A stretch of 64,000 bases of DNA. It comes from Glycera tridactyla (Eukaryota). Below, piece by piece: positions 14,001 to 25,419 of the stretch (position 1 is the stretch's first letter; each line of letters starts with the position of its first letter). The stretch is from NCBI GenBank assembly GCA_965644265.1, contig OZ286472.1:53010001-53074000 (forward strand), read 5' to 3'. Made by a program: the position numbers and the translations under genes. The notes beneath the pieces were generated by a model that searched no databases, was not told where the DNA came from, and was given only the letters and a program-made list of their open reading frames with translations.

Positions 14001-17000
14001 TGTTCGTTTTTCCACCTGTTAGAATAGTCTACCATTGATAACATCAAATCATATGGATATGTTGCATTGGACTATATTACTAATGTATAGGTGCATGTGT
14101 AATTGCTGTTGATGCTCTCACTTGTTGATGTTTCTTGGACCTGATCCCAATCTCATATTTCTGTTTTTGAGTGAGAGTCTACTCTAAAGAGATGACTTCT
14201 TAGTCACAGAGTAGGGGGGAGAATTTGCTCAAATGATCATCTAAACTGGGGAACGACCTGCCTCAAATTTGAAAGAAAGGACTTTGAGGCTATTGACTTT
14301 TGTTCCGATTTTGAGACAGATTAAATTGTATCTCATCTCAACCGCAGAAGAACTGAATCATTTTGAATATTTCAGCCGTGCATGTTGCTGCTTAATTGTT
14401 TGTGACTGGTAGATTAGATTACAACATATTCAAAATATATTTCGGAACTGGAATATTAAGCTTAAAGAAATGTAAATAATATATTCCTCAAGGGTCATCA
14501 TGATGGCCAGAGTCTTTAATACAGAGATGAAATTTCACAATGACAGGATGGATTGCTGCCTTGGTCTCATGATATTTGGCACCATCTGAGCACAAAATTG
14601 TCGGATTTTAGTTGGTATCACAAGTCAAATGTCATGTGACCAAGCTGGCTTATAAAAGCATTCATATCTTGCAATGTTTCATCTGCCCACACAAAATAAG
14701 AAAAAGTGCTTACCATCAGTTGGTCAGTGGCAAAGCTCACTAAAAATTGGAGGATAAGAAGTCTGCCAATAGCTCCCCTTGCAGGGCGAGAAGACATCAT
14801 GGAAATCAACCTGCCCTCTGGAAAATCCACCTGCCCTGCTTATATATGCAAGTCATTCATGGTCATTTTCCCACCTGTAAAATCTACCTGCCCCGGGCAG
14901 GTGGGCGGCTATCTCTTCTCGCCCTGCCTTGGTGATCCATTCTGGATAGTGAATCTTGAGTTTATTGAAATCAAATGAATAATGGTCTGTGGTGAATTAT
15001 TGTCAGAAATACTATGGGGTCATCTGGTTATAGTGAGGAAAGGATCATGTAATGGTGTCTATTGGTGGATAATTTCACTGATGTTGTAGATCAGAATCTG
15101 TTATTACTAGGTCCATTGTTACGGCCTACAACTTTTCTTGATAGTAATCAGTCATTTTTCTTTTTTTCTTGAGAAGATGAAGTCCTGTAAGTCATTGATA
15201 TAAGTGCTTCACAGAAATATTCCTCACATTTATTTGAATTTGAAGTATGCCTCAGCACATCCCGTTACAACTACCTACCCCCACTGCATATCTGCATAAT
15301 TTTCCAGCAGCCAAATCATGCATAGACTACACCCGTATACAGCTATATCATTCTGTTTCCTAGTTAAGACAAACATCTTACTGGTTTACAGAGTAGAACA
15401 CATTGTATTTTGGTCAGTGGCCGTTTTTAGGGAAAAATGCTAGCATGATTCTGAAGTTTGAGTCGATAAAATCACAGATGTGTCACAGAAAATTAGTAGA
15501 AATTTAGAGTAGATGAAATTTATTCGGGCAAATCTAAAAATATGCCCACAGTATTCTCAATTTCATAATCAATTCAAATTCTTTCATTGAGCCATGATAG
15601 ATTTTTCAAACATAGTAGTTGCTGCTAAGTATGTCTTACAAAAATATGTCATGGTTTCTGATACGATCATCAATTTTGATCAAAGTCTGTCAAGCTTAAT
15701 TGTGGCGGGTACGTTTTTTGCCATAGCATCGCAAATTCGCATCAGATTGAAATGAAACTTGCAGACAGACATTGTGGACATCTCCGAGGATCAGAAATGT
15801 GATCACGCTGAGGTTCCCTTGTATATTTCACCTATGAACGCAAAATATGTCAATATCACGCTGGTTTTGCGGCGTATACAGCGGCCGTATCTGAACTGCT
15901 TTGCATACATATATGCGCCATAATGGCGGCGGATTCGCCGGAAAAAAAGCCATGAAATGATGGTGAAACCCCCTTCAGAAGCATGCTGTCTAGCCGAACC
16001 TACGTTTGATAATCGCCTGAAGACCAGTACAATCGATTCGTGCCATTAAAAGTCAAATCATACGAAAATTTACGGAGTTAGCGTCTGAAACGTACCTGCC
16101 ACATTTGGATTTGACAGAGTTTAGCAGTATGCTTCATTTGCCACTGATTTGTCAGATTCAAGTTGTATGAAGGTCTGAGCACCATAGGACATTCTCTGAC
16201 TGCTTTAACCTTCCCTTATATTTACTATGATATTTTTTACCATGGATATGTAATCTGCCATGGAAGAAAAGGTTTAGCATACAACTGCTATTTTTCACTT
16301 TCTTCACACTTGAAATATATGGTTTAGTGGAAGCTTCATTGAGCAACCATTTCAAATTCCCCAATTTTTTTCCAAGACAGGTGCTCGTAGGTCTCATGTA
16401 TACTTGCAGCGGGATTGATGGAAAATGTTGTCGAGAATATACTCCTCATCTATGTGAATTGCTCATCACTGCCTTGCTGGTTGCAGGTTCTACTGTATAA
16501 AATTGAGAAACCGCACCAGTGTGGGATGGTTTTCCCACTCAATAGTGTTGCCATCCATCCATTCACTTGACCCAGTGAGAATACCTCAGATTGGGATGTA
16601 AAATCTGTCTTCCACTGGTATTGGTTCCTACTGTAATCTTAGTATTCAGGTTAGAAGGCTTCCAATTCCATTGTCTAGGTCAAATTTGATGTAGTATGTG
16701 CATGATTGACTATCACAGAGGCATTATTCCATACCTTTATTCTGGCCTCCTACTTGCTACACAAAGGTGTCGGCAAATATTGCTGAGAGATGACATTGGG
16801 TTTGTCTCCAGAGTATTCCCTTCAAGGCACACGCTGGTCCCAAAAATCAATGAGAGGACTACTCGTATCGATATTGTTTGAACAGATTAAGGAAGATATT
16901 CTATAGCCCCTCTTTCTCAAATATAAAAGGGCAAATGTCCCCAGTTTTGAGAAAATCCTGGCTGCAACCTTGCTTCCCCATCACCGATACACCTCCATTT

Positions 17001-20000
17001 GCTGATGCATTCATTATGGCATATACATGGTGATGCCTATTCATACACAGACAGCAAATGCTTCTGTGTGCATGGAAAAGTGCATGGTGACTCGAAGTTG
17101 GCTGTCCACTTTGAAAAATACCACATACTCATCTATATCTACCACCTCCTGATAGTAATGCAATTCTTAATTATTACAGGGCTCTACGTGAGCCAAAATG
17201 TTTAGGAGCTGGCTGGCCCCTAAGTTGAAATGTTTGGTAGCAATGCAAAATTTTGGTAGCCAGTCAATACATTGCCTAATACAACCTTCAAAATTCTAGG
17301 GACCGCTGGCATGAGGAAGAAGACAGCACTATGAGATTGTCAATGCAACGCCTCATTTGATACCAGCTAATTTGGTGTTACGTTGATGATTTGATTACAA
17401 CAGGATGGGATTGACTCATTAAGTTGATGCTACATATAGCTGGATGATTGATATGCTAAAACTAAGAAGAACCCCCATAATTCACCACCTAGGCCCACCA
17501 TGGCTTCAACATAGATAGGCCAGCCAGAGAATGTAGTTGTAAAGTCATGCAAACATTTTGAGGATAGCACAATATTCACAGGGATGTGATTGTTTGGCAG
17601 ATCCCTGTTTTTGTTCACAAATGCATTTATGCCACAGGAAAGGGCATCACATGCTGATTATCTCGGCTTTTAGATAATAAAAATTGGACCAGAATTAGTG
17701 GAGATAGAGCAGAGTTTGTAGTCATAGTACCCATCGCTTAGCAGATGTTGGGGTTTCTTGGTCCACTGAATCTTGGTGTATTGTGCCTCATGTCTGGTTT
17801 CAGGGTTTTTCGGTTGTCAGCCAATCACATCCCTGTATTGGCATTTTCACATTCACTTATAGATGGTGTAGGTGATCCTTTCTTCACGAGGACAATTGTT
17901 AGTAGCTAGGTGAGGGGTGACATCTTTCACCTTGGCTCAGTGAGATCTTGAAGTGCCGGCCATGACATTGTGATTTATAGATATATTCAACACTATTACA
18001 GTAACCCTGATTTGGATTTCATTGCGACATCTCATTAGATGCTCAGTCATATTTCAAGACCATAAATGGAGGGCTGTTTTAGTTCTCCATATATTATCAA
18101 TTGTTCAATTAAGAACTCATGGATCCCGTACAATTCCCAAGGTCTCTTGCTAATTTCACAAAATGAATTAGTCATTTAGTTGCTACATTTTTTGCCAGAT
18201 TGCCTTGCTTCAATCCCGACATGCTCAGACTTTGCCACAGTTTGTCACAGTTTGTCATTTTGTACATGGTCTAAAGTTGGCATATGATGATTGTAAGGAG
18301 AAAATTGAGATTTACAGTTGTTTGTGAATTAGGAAATGTCAAATTGACGCACTGTTCATCAACTAATCTACAATTGTTTCGTTCATAATGGTCTTTAGTC
18401 ATACTTGGAGAAGAAACAATAATTGATAGATTTGGATTCACATGTATGCACATGCAGACTGCTGATGGGTGACATTCTTTGCATATCAACCCCAGTGTGG
18501 ATGGGTGGGTGGGTTTATTGGTGAATGATGGTCCTGAATGATAACTCAAAAAGTTTATTGAAGTGAAACTTTGTGGGCAGGATAGCCTCAAGTCTGACAA
18601 GACGCCAATCGATTGTGGGGCAGACATCTTGAATGTCGAGGTCACTGTGCAACAAGTTTAAAATGGTTTCTGGAGCGAGATCTGCTGAGGGAAAGCTGTC
18701 TCAAATATAGAGCCTATCTGTTTCTTAGTTGATGCTCCCCAAATTTTGAGAGGCCTTACTCAATTAGGCTTCATATGGGTAAATATCCAATTAAAAATGG
18801 AGGGAACAGATAGAGGGAATTTGGCATCACTCATATATTTGAAGAACTGCCACTTAGGCACTCTTGAAGTTGGTACTGCACCTGTATATTCAAAATTACT
18901 TTTGAATTGTTTCTTGATACAATGGCACAATTTCCTTTATGCTACATGTTTCTAAATTATTCTCACTACATTGTGAATGCTAGGGGAGAGTGATATAATA
19001 TGTGCATTTGTTATATCTAATTTCTTGCTGATTTTGTTCCCAGCATGTAGCTGTCCCTTGATCACCACCTATACAGAACAGGGTTTGTAGACATATCAGT
19101 AATCGTCTTTATTTATCATCCGAGTATTTCATAAAGTGTTTCATATCCTACATCCCTTCCCCCTATCGGTGGAGGGATTATTGATAATGGTATTATTGAA
19201 AATTGATTGAATTGGACCAGCTCGCAGATCATTGATAGCAGATGCCCAAGTTCAATATACAGTAAAACCTCTCTTGGGGGATCGGTGTAAATACAACCAC
19301 AGGTAGTCTCTCAACAGAGGTGGTCTCTCATTGGAGGTATATTTGACTATGTCGAATGAAAAAGAACCAATAAAGGGCAGTCCCTCAAAATAGGGCAGTC
19401 TCCCAAAAGAGTGGTCTCAAAACAGGTTTCAACTGTATAGTAAAACCTGTGATGAGAGACCCCAGTTGTTGAATATGTTTCCAATGAGTGATATTCAGGG
19501 GTCTTTCATTGCAGCTCCCTCTGTATCCCTGAATCCTTTGTATTAGCAGAATACTCATCTGATTGCTATTATCGTTGAATTTTCACCAGACCATACAAGT
19601 ATGCCAGCTTTATATTGAGACTGGTCAGTGCAGATGCAGTAGTCAACATCATTGTCAGGATTGCATTTTCAAACAGCCTGGATGATGCAGATTGTGTGGG
19701 TAGACTTCCTTAATCAGGTTGCAACCAGTGATATAAGTCTTTTGGATTTCCGAAAATTGGGTGGCAAATTTACGTTGAAAATTGCATGAAAACTTGCTTG
19801 AAGTTTCAGAGAAACACTTTCGAGAATATGTGGCCGTCATTTTGTAAATTCATTCACAATTCTGAAAGTTCCATGTAATTTTATTGACATCACTGTAAAA
19901 TTGTAAGTTTGTTGTTTTCTTAATTGTGTATATCCCAGGAGTGACTGCACTTGATTGATTGTGTGTCAAATTGGTGGTGTAGGGATTTCCATTCATCAAA

Positions 20001-23000
20001 ATGCTCTTTGGGCTATGGAATTCTCTTGTTGTAGAAAGGCAAATATGTTTTCTGAAGTGATGAAACTTCATGGTATCGGGTTGCATGCATGAATCTGCTT
20101 GTCATATATCGGCTAGTGTCACACAGGGTTTCACACAGGGTTTCACACAGTTGTATCTTCCTTTAGTGGTGCTTTTGGGACAGTTCATGCTTATGGAAGC
20201 TTTTTCAACATGTTGACAATGCTCTTCACGGATTTTTGTGCTGTATAGTAGAACCTGCGAAAGCTACCCTCAAGTAGAAACTCCCTGTGTTGGCTGACCA
20301 CTTTCTGGAAATTTATCTCTATTGAAAATATTCAAATGACCTATTGAGGACAGACTGCATATTTCTCATATTGTTTTATGTATATTGATTGAAATCCTGA
20401 TATTAGTTTTGTACACCATGTCTTGGCAAGGTAGTCTTTTTCAATGCATTCTTCACTTGCAAGCTAGACCCATGGTCCACACAATGAGATAGACACAGAT
20501 CCATGCCTCCTAGGGCGCTCCAGCAATGTTGTGAAAAATGGCAGCTTTGGGCAGCTTTTTATACCCTGCTCTTGAAAAAGCGGGGTATTATAGTTTCACC
20601 TGTACGTACGTCCGTCCGTCCGTCCGTCCGTCCGTCCGTCCGTCCGTCTGTCCGTCCGTCCGTCCGTCCGTCCATCCGTCCCCTCACATTTCATGCAATA
20701 AATTTGGATTGGCTGGTCCAATTTTCATAAAACTTTATAACTGTGATCTAGGTAAAAATCGTATTTGAGAATTTGATTTTTGTACCCAAATGTCTAAGGT
20801 CAAGGTCACAGGAGCTGTTTATAGATTTTCTTATTTTACACTCTAACTCAAGCTAGCTTCAATGGATATGCACCAAACTCACACAAAGTAATGGCCTAAT
20901 GGTGGGCCACCTCCCTTTTGTTGCATGTGACCCTAGGTCAAAGGTCAAGGTCACAGGAGCTATTCATAAATTTTCTCATTTTACACTCCAGCTCAAGCTT
21001 GCATTGATTGATATGCACCAAAGTTTCACAACATAATGACCCAATGGTGAGATATCTCCCATTCGATGCAGGTGACCCTGGGTCAAAAGTCAAGGCCATA
21101 GGAGCTATTTGTAAATTTCCGCATCTCACACAATAACTCAGGCTAGCATTGTTGGATAAAGATCAAACTGATCTTGGATGATCAAGCAATGTTACAACAT
21201 CTCCCTTACAATGCATGTGACCCTAAGTCATAGGTTGAGTTGAAGGTTTCAGATGCTACTGTTAGATTTCCTTATTCTACAAAGTGATCGAGTGACTCAT
21301 TACATAGTCAACCAAACATCTCAATGACCTTTTCCGATGTGGGTTACCCACTGCTTCCGCGTGCAATATGGGTTACCCACTGTGCTCCCGTGTGCGGGGT
21401 ATCTTTCCCCTCTGTGGCCTTGTTGAATTGATGAGATGTGTTTCCTCAATAAAAAAGACTATTTGATTCAGTGAATCGCCATCAGTGGCTAACATTACTG
21501 ATTGAGACTTCCAATTGATACTTGGCAGGAAGCTTCAGCTCATGGCTGTGGAGGTGAAAGTTAACCCTTGCTGATTTGCCGTTTATGTACGCTATCCTGT
21601 ATTCCTGAAAATTGTGAGCTGTGCTTCATTGCATTCAGCAGGCTGGATGTATGTATTACATTCTTTTATCAGTATCCTTTTGTCCATTTAAGTAGTAGAG
21701 AAAAGGGCTGACCTCTCATACATTTCAAGACTTGAACAGTTGTTCCTTACAAACCTTGGGCCAACCTGTCATTCACAATGGATGAAACTGTTGCCGTCAT
21801 TTGCTAGGCTTGGGGCATGTTGTGGTAGTTGGTTGTTGGATCAGAATCATCATGTCAGTGCCTACTTCTTGGCTTTTGTAGTCAAGTGAGAATGAATTAT
21901 GGTTGAAATTATGTTTGCTATACTGATCAGTGTGCTCAACACGATTTTTAGGGTGATGGATGACAAACCCAGCCTTAGAACAGATGTTGGTGGATCTGTC
22001 TTCAAGTGTAAGATTAATGTCCAAACAATAGTGTGGCAATTTCAGTTCATTTCATGATGTATTTAAGAATGGAGAAGACATTGAAGGCAAAGTGATGTGG
22101 TGAGGTTGTTGTTATGGGAAAGTGATTGAGCCACTTGGAAGAGACTGCTTGCCTTTATATTTATTATTCAGGATGGTATCAAGAACCAGGGTTAGAAATG
22201 CTGAATTTATTCTTGTTGCAAACCCTACAAAAACAAGAGGTCACACTGTATGTGTTAAACCCACATACAATAGAACCTGTATTCAGCAACTGCCCTTGGG
22301 AAATAAACTAGTGGTTGCTAATGACAGGTGGTTTTTCAGTACATGTATAGGTAGATTATAGAGAAAAATACTCTTGGGAAATCTTCAAATGGCTGCTGAC
22401 CGGTGGTTGTATTTTGTAGCTTCATATAGAGTACCATTAGTGAGAATCGCAAGAATGAAGGGCCATGTGGAATCAGGTCTCCTATAGCACACCCCCATGC
22501 CTCACACAGACAAGCAGTTGACCACCCGCTCTTACTTTTGTACTTCCAATGATGTATCATAAAAGATACTTTCATTATGTCCCACAAGAGTTTCATCTTC
22601 ATTGGAATATTTCTTCAGGAGTTTGCATCTCAATCTTTGTTCATACTTTTAGGTTCTAAGAAGACTTGGGATTTTCTACTGACTAGTATTGATGTTAAGA
22701 CTTTGGTGTTGGGCATCATAAGTTGCATTTGTTTGTTGAACTTGATCTTCATAACAGTTATGGGTGATGGCAAATGGAGTCAGTCAGGATATGAAGATTA
22801 TTCCTTTGCAGTGGTATACAAGTGATGAACTTTCAAGGAAATGTTGCAAGGTATTCAGGATCAGCCCTGCTCCATGTTGGTCAAACGTCTCATATGGGTT
22901 TCATTGTAGCAGGTACATGTAATTCAGAAAAGAATACATGTGTGTAGAAGGTGAAATATTTCATGTTGGTTATTGTGTAGGGATATTGCTCAGCAGAATA

Positions 23001-25419
23001 TCTCAAGATGCTGATGCTGATGGGTGTTGGTCGGGGATGTTCATAGGGGCTTAGCCACCTCAACCCAGGTATAATGACCTGGTATCTGTTTCTAATGTCA
23101 ACACATGACTAATAACTGTAGTTGGATATTAAACAGCAATCACATTTTTCATAATTATTGAATGTTCATTCAATGGTAATCATGATCTGAGATGATGTCT
23201 TATAAGAGTCTGGTGGTGTATTCTTTCTATTGAATGAATATAATGCAGAAAACAAACAGCATCTGTATTAGCTGGAGGTACAGAGATCAGTGCCAGGAGG
23301 GTTTCTCGTGAGGAACCATGAATCTCACACTTCCTCACTTTGTGACCCATATATATTGATAATGGAGATGCCAGCATCTTAGGGTAAAACCCCAGTACCT
23401 CTTACCTGAATGGCAATTGACTATGTTATTTGCAATAGGGGTGGGGATGGGTCAGGGGTGGGTCAACTGTCCCTGTCGAGTATATGCTTTACCTTACCTT
23501 GCTGGCTCTGGTCGCAAGTGTATCAACTCTGGTCACAAGTGTATCAACTTCCATATTTACTGACTGTTGCATTGTTCATTTCTTGCAGAGTTGGTCTACA
23601 TGGACACTCAGCTACTGGACGGCAGCAACCACTCAACCTTGACCCGATTACCGGAGGTACACGAAGGGGAGGTGTCGAAGAGCAACAAGAATGTGGCACC
23701 TCCACCAGCAGCAGCTGGTAGCAACATTGCCATCAATCACTCCATCAGTGTGGACAGTCTACTCCGACCAAATCGGACCTCAATCTCCCGTGAACCAAGA
23801 CGCAGGCGATCACAACCACCTGAGATCAGCGACTCGGATCACAAAATGCCTCATCGGTCCATTAGCCAACCAGACAATGGAGTCAATGGTTTAGGCAATC
23901 CTGTAGAGTGGAGAAACAGTCCCATATTCCGAAAACCTCGAATGGGACAGTCGAGTCTCAATAGTAATTCAGTATTACCGGTCTCCAAAGATCGATATGG
24001 CAATCGTAACAGTCCACCAAATACGTCACAACATGATGAGAATTTCAATCCACAGCCAGTGATGAGGAATCGAGATTCAAAGTTGTTTCACTTCCCAGAG
24101 GATAATGCCTGCTATATGAATGTCTTGATGGAGAAAGAAATGACAAATTTGGATATTCAGGGGAATGTTACACGGGATTCGACCCCTCCTCCGCCACCTC
24201 CACCCAAACAGAAGAATCAAAATATGGTAGGTGACTCATTTGTTCATCTGGGGATTCCCTGACTCTGTTTCCCGTGCTAAAAGTTACATAGATACTGAGA
24301 TAGACATTTGTTGGTTCATCTCCACTTATATCACTCTTGGTTTGTTCATCTCCACATACATGTGTATGTAATTTATTTATATGGACACATCTCTTCTAAT
24401 TTGAAGCTAAATTACAGCTGCAGTCATTTCAGACTGCCTACTGGCCTATGTAAAACAAGATTTACTGGCCTAGAAGCAAACATGGTGGTCCAGGATTTGA
24501 TGCTATTTTGCAAATTATGTATTATGTGTACATAAATGTGATACTGAATCACAAAATTGTGCATGATGATTCATACTGACCTACACTTTTCATATACAGT
24601 CGAACCTGTCTATAAAGACCGCCTTCGGTCGCATCGAAAAGTGGTCTTTATGGGCAGGTAGTCTTTATTGAGCGGTCATTTACTATTGAAAATACTACCA
24701 CGGTCGCAGCTCAGGTGTTCTTTATAGAGAGGTGGTTTTTAGAGCAGGTTCGACTACATTCTATCCTTCCAAATCCAAAATAATTTGCTTCGAAAAAGGC
24801 CTACAGTGTAGGTGACTGATAGCTTGCCCGTAGCAGTATTATTTCACCATGGAGTGCAGATACCAGGTACACCAGCTCCAGCTTGATTAGGTTAAGTTGA
24901 ACTTTCTTCACAATACCATGGTCTAGAAATATTGTAAAGGTGAGAGATGTTCCACCAGATGCCAATGTCAGATGACCTGTATCAAATCTCTTTATGTCAT
25001 TGACTAGTCATCAATATAATTTTTTCTACATTGACAACTTGTTAACTTTTGCACCTTGTCAGAAAGGTCCAAGTGACTGAATGAATCCTTTTATCGGCTC
25101 TGCCTGAATCATGCTGATTTTGTTGTGTTCTTTGGCTGTATTTTTGCTGTAAAGAATTACATCAATGCATTGTTGTGAACTCATCTTCTTTGTTCAGCAG
25201 CAGTACGAGTGCTATGAGTATTTGCGACCACCAGCGACAATCAACGAGTGGCTGCTGAACCTTGGTCTGCCGCAGTATATCAACATCTTTTTCGAACATG
25301 GCTGGGACCAGCTGACCTTCATTGGTGACCTCACAGAGAAGGACCTGTTCTTGATGAACGTCAACGATCCCGAGCACCGGCGTCGAGTCCTCGACAGCAT
25401 TCGTGACATGAAATCCTGA
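226..25419 (+). CDS. INPPL1: SHIP2/INPPL1-like inositol polyphosphate 5-phosphatase, 5'-partial gene model (20 exons, ~973 aa in window): PH-like region, 5-phosphatase, C2, Pro-rich tail, SAM
   Basis: Exons joined by hand via AG/GT sites with consistent phases: 226-325, 706-783, 1263-1412, 2343-2481, 3008-3205, 3952-4148, 4883-5000, 5698-5794, 6318-6459, 6862-6985, 7648-7736, 7984-8065, 8361-8506, 8932-8992, 9605-9687, 11341-11428, 12138-12234, 13838-13911, 23589-24226, 25198-25419 (2923 nt, one frame to TGA). Family motifs: IFIGTWNMG, DLYVIGTQE, GNKGAVG, FINAHLTSG, FFFGDLNYR, PSWCDRILW, SDHKPVF. The C-terminal SAM domain is SHIP2-like rather than SHIP1-like. Additional unseen exons between 24226 and 25198 cannot be excluded. 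Confidence 0.93.
706..783 (+). CDS. INPPL1: SHIP exon (ERSPGLSGLLDRLVECRNVVHKFEEK)
   Basis: tgtag| acceptor, |gtgagt donor, 78 nt, phase 0-0. Confidence 0.8.
1263..1412 (+). CDS. INPPL1: SHIP exon (TIAFLQELR...PPTSFK)
   Basis: tttcag| acceptor, AAG|gtatgc donor, 150 nt. Confidence 0.82.
2343..2481 (+). CDS. INPPL1: SHIP exon, PH-like region (VHQLKVGKPKSGSKFVLTVDLQGGKL...TFTHEK)
   Basis: ttgcag| and |gtgagt; resembles SHIP2 KFTLSVDVEGGRL...TFTHDR. Confidence 0.9.
3008..3205 (+). CDS. INPPL1: SHIP exon (EQLVK...REHFCQLVQKLRSRHS...IFIGTWNMG)
   Basis: tttcag| and G|gtaaat; start of the catalytic domain. Confidence 0.93.
3322..3496. mobile_element. MITE family A copy (other copies ~10946-11105, 24597-24756, 29661-29830, partial 45990-46097 and 63400-63470)
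   Basis: CAGTCGAA termini, TA flanks, internal 17-bp AGGTGGTCTTTATAGAG units. Confidence 0.85.
3952..4148 (+). CDS. INPPL1: SHIP exon (ADPPPQSISQWL...HDLYVIGTQE...)
   Basis: ctgcag| and |gtctgt; GTQE metal-binding motif. Confidence 0.93.
4883..5000 (+). CDS. INPPL1: SHIP exon (VSIASLWSLRLVILVR...VKTGIANALG)
   Basis: tcacag| and G|gtatgt. Confidence 0.93.
5017..5074. repeat. (TG)29 microsatellite
   Basis: Read directly; begins 17 nt into the intron after SHIP exon 4883-5000. Confidence 0.95.
5698..5794 (+). CDS. INPPL1: SHIP exon (NKGAVGIGFHFNGTSMCFINAHLTSGHEKNAR)
   Basis: ctatag| and AG|gtatgc. Confidence 0.95.
6318..6459 (+). CDS. INPPL1: SHIP exon (RNENVHDI...FFFGDLNYRINGLEPT)
   Basis: tttcag| and |gtgagt; 5-phosphatase motif 1. 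Confidence 0.95.
6862..6985 (+). CDS. INPPL1: SHIP exon (EIIKMV...LLEYDQL...EAFFSF)
   Basis: ttgcag| and |gtgagt. Confidence 0.92.
7068..7286. mobile_element. 219-bp older MITE with degenerate 5-bp TSD CCTTG/CCTTA
   Basis: Imperfect TIR CAGGGTTCTACATTGA / CAGGACTCTACGCTGA; internal ACCTGCCC repeats as in 14782-14926. Confidence 0.7.
7648..7736 (+). CDS. INPPL1: SHIP exon (EEEISFPPTYRIEK...KKTG)
   Basis: ttttag| and |gttagt; FPPTY motif. Confidence 0.94.
7984..8065 (+). CDS. INPPL1: SHIP exon (IRINAPSWCDRILWRS...SYG)
   Basis: tttcag| and |gtgagt; 5-phosphatase motif 2. Confidence 0.95.
8361..8506 (+). CDS. INPPL1: SHIP exon (CVENITTSDHKPVFSSFEVG...LIAE)
   Basis: tttcag| and |gttaga. Confidence 0.94.
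8932..8992 (+). CDS. INPPL1: SHIP exon, C2 region (VWTPTCRYSVQVELISSCLA)
   Basis: tgtcag| and |gtaagt; matches SHIP2 FIEFYSTCL. Confidence 0.85.
9342..9503. mobile_element. MITE family B copy (others 10034-10210, 19260-19435, ~2039-2170, ~31330-31435, ~33251-33400)
   Basis: 28-bp TIR CAGT(G/A)AAACCTGTCTTGGGAGACCACCC; TA TSD; central TTTGACATAGTCAAA palindrome. Confidence 0.88.
9605..9687 (+). CDS. INPPL1: SHIP exon, C2 region (NGITQKSIHMSRQATECYHWKAHQIPV)
   Basis: tttcag| and |gtaagt; phase-consistent. Confidence 0.83.
11341..11428 (+). CDS. INPPL1: SHIP exon, C2 region (LHPLFGDHEYLEDQYILLVVKHSESMEIYG)
   Basis: tttcag| and |gtaagt; matches SHIP2 LKPILADIEYLQDQHLLL. Confidence 0.92.
11497..11668. 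mobile_element. MITE family C copy (related segments in the composite 9856-10519)
   Basis: CAGTAAAACCTGTC terminus; repeated TTAAGACAGGATTT; GGTTTCACTG end. Confidence 0.78.
12138..12234 (+). CDS. INPPL1: SHIP exon, C2 region (EGILSLKYMFSTKPEPFDCYLTHEGDEVGRIK)
   Basis: ttgcag| and AA|gtaagt. Confidence 0.92.
12813..13808. mobile_element. ~1-kb non-autonomous DNA transposon, PIF/Harbinger-like
   Basis: TIR GG(A/G)CTATTCCATTT...GTGGGGGG..GGTC (~36 bp, imperfect); TTA at 12810-12 and 13809-11; subterminal CCCCCGCTTT(C/T) arrays at both ends; GC-rich. Confidence 0.8.
13838..13911 (+). CDS. INPPL1: SHIP exon (GTMFVKGCGEDGEKSKLVRRRKSY)
   Basis: tttccag| and G|gtaagt; supplies the phase 2 to phase 1 link required between flanking exons; matches SHIP2 IRGSMKV. 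Confidence 0.87.
14782..14926. mobile_element. 145-bp MITE with 5-bp TSD CCTTG
   Basis: Perfect 13-bp TIR CAGGGCGAGAAGA; internal ACCTGCCC repeats; CCTTG at 14777-81 and 14927-31. Confidence 0.85.
15701..16103. mobile_element. 403-bp CpG-rich TIR element, superfamily unassigned
   Basis: TIR TGTGGC(G/A)GGTACGTTT; no clear TSD. Confidence 0.65.
17579..17835. mobile_element. 257-bp MITE, TIR CAGGGATGTGATTG
   Basis: Perfect 14-bp TIR; flanks TATTCA / TATTGG (partial match). Confidence 0.72.
20556..21424 (+). mobile_element. Helentron-associated non-autonomous element (HINE/DINE-1-like)
   Basis: Starts TTTTATACCCTGC...GCGGGGTAT hairpin; (TCCG)n at ~20610-20678; ~145-bp internal tandem units (CAAGGTCACAGGAGCT); 3' GCGGGGTAT subTIR and T-rich end. 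This is DINE-1/HINE architecture. Confidence 0.78.
23589..24226 (+). CDS. INPPL1: SHIP exon, disordered S/P/N-rich tail
   Basis: tcttgcag| and ATG|gtaggt; 638 nt open, phase-consistent; contains YMNV and PPPPPPPK. Confidence 0.82.
25198..25419 (+). CDS. INPPL1: SHIP terminal exon, SAM domain (TINEWLLNLGLPQYINIFFEHGWDQLTFIGDLTEKDL...PEHRRRVLDSI)
   Basis: Canonical SAM pattern W-L-x-x-L-G-L-x-x-Y...HRxxxL. The acceptor is a tandem CAGCAGCAG, so the exact start is 25198, 25201 or 25204. TGA at 25417-25419. Confidence 0.9.
   Translation, partial: QQYECYEYLRPPATINEWLLNLGLPQYINIFFEHGWDQLTFIGDLTEKDLFLMNVNDPEHRRRVLDSIRDMKS

Noticed and set aside
22336-22900. Old RT remnant (GV..GD.I...FILA-like)
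   Set aside because: Needs several indels, and motif spacing is inconsistent.
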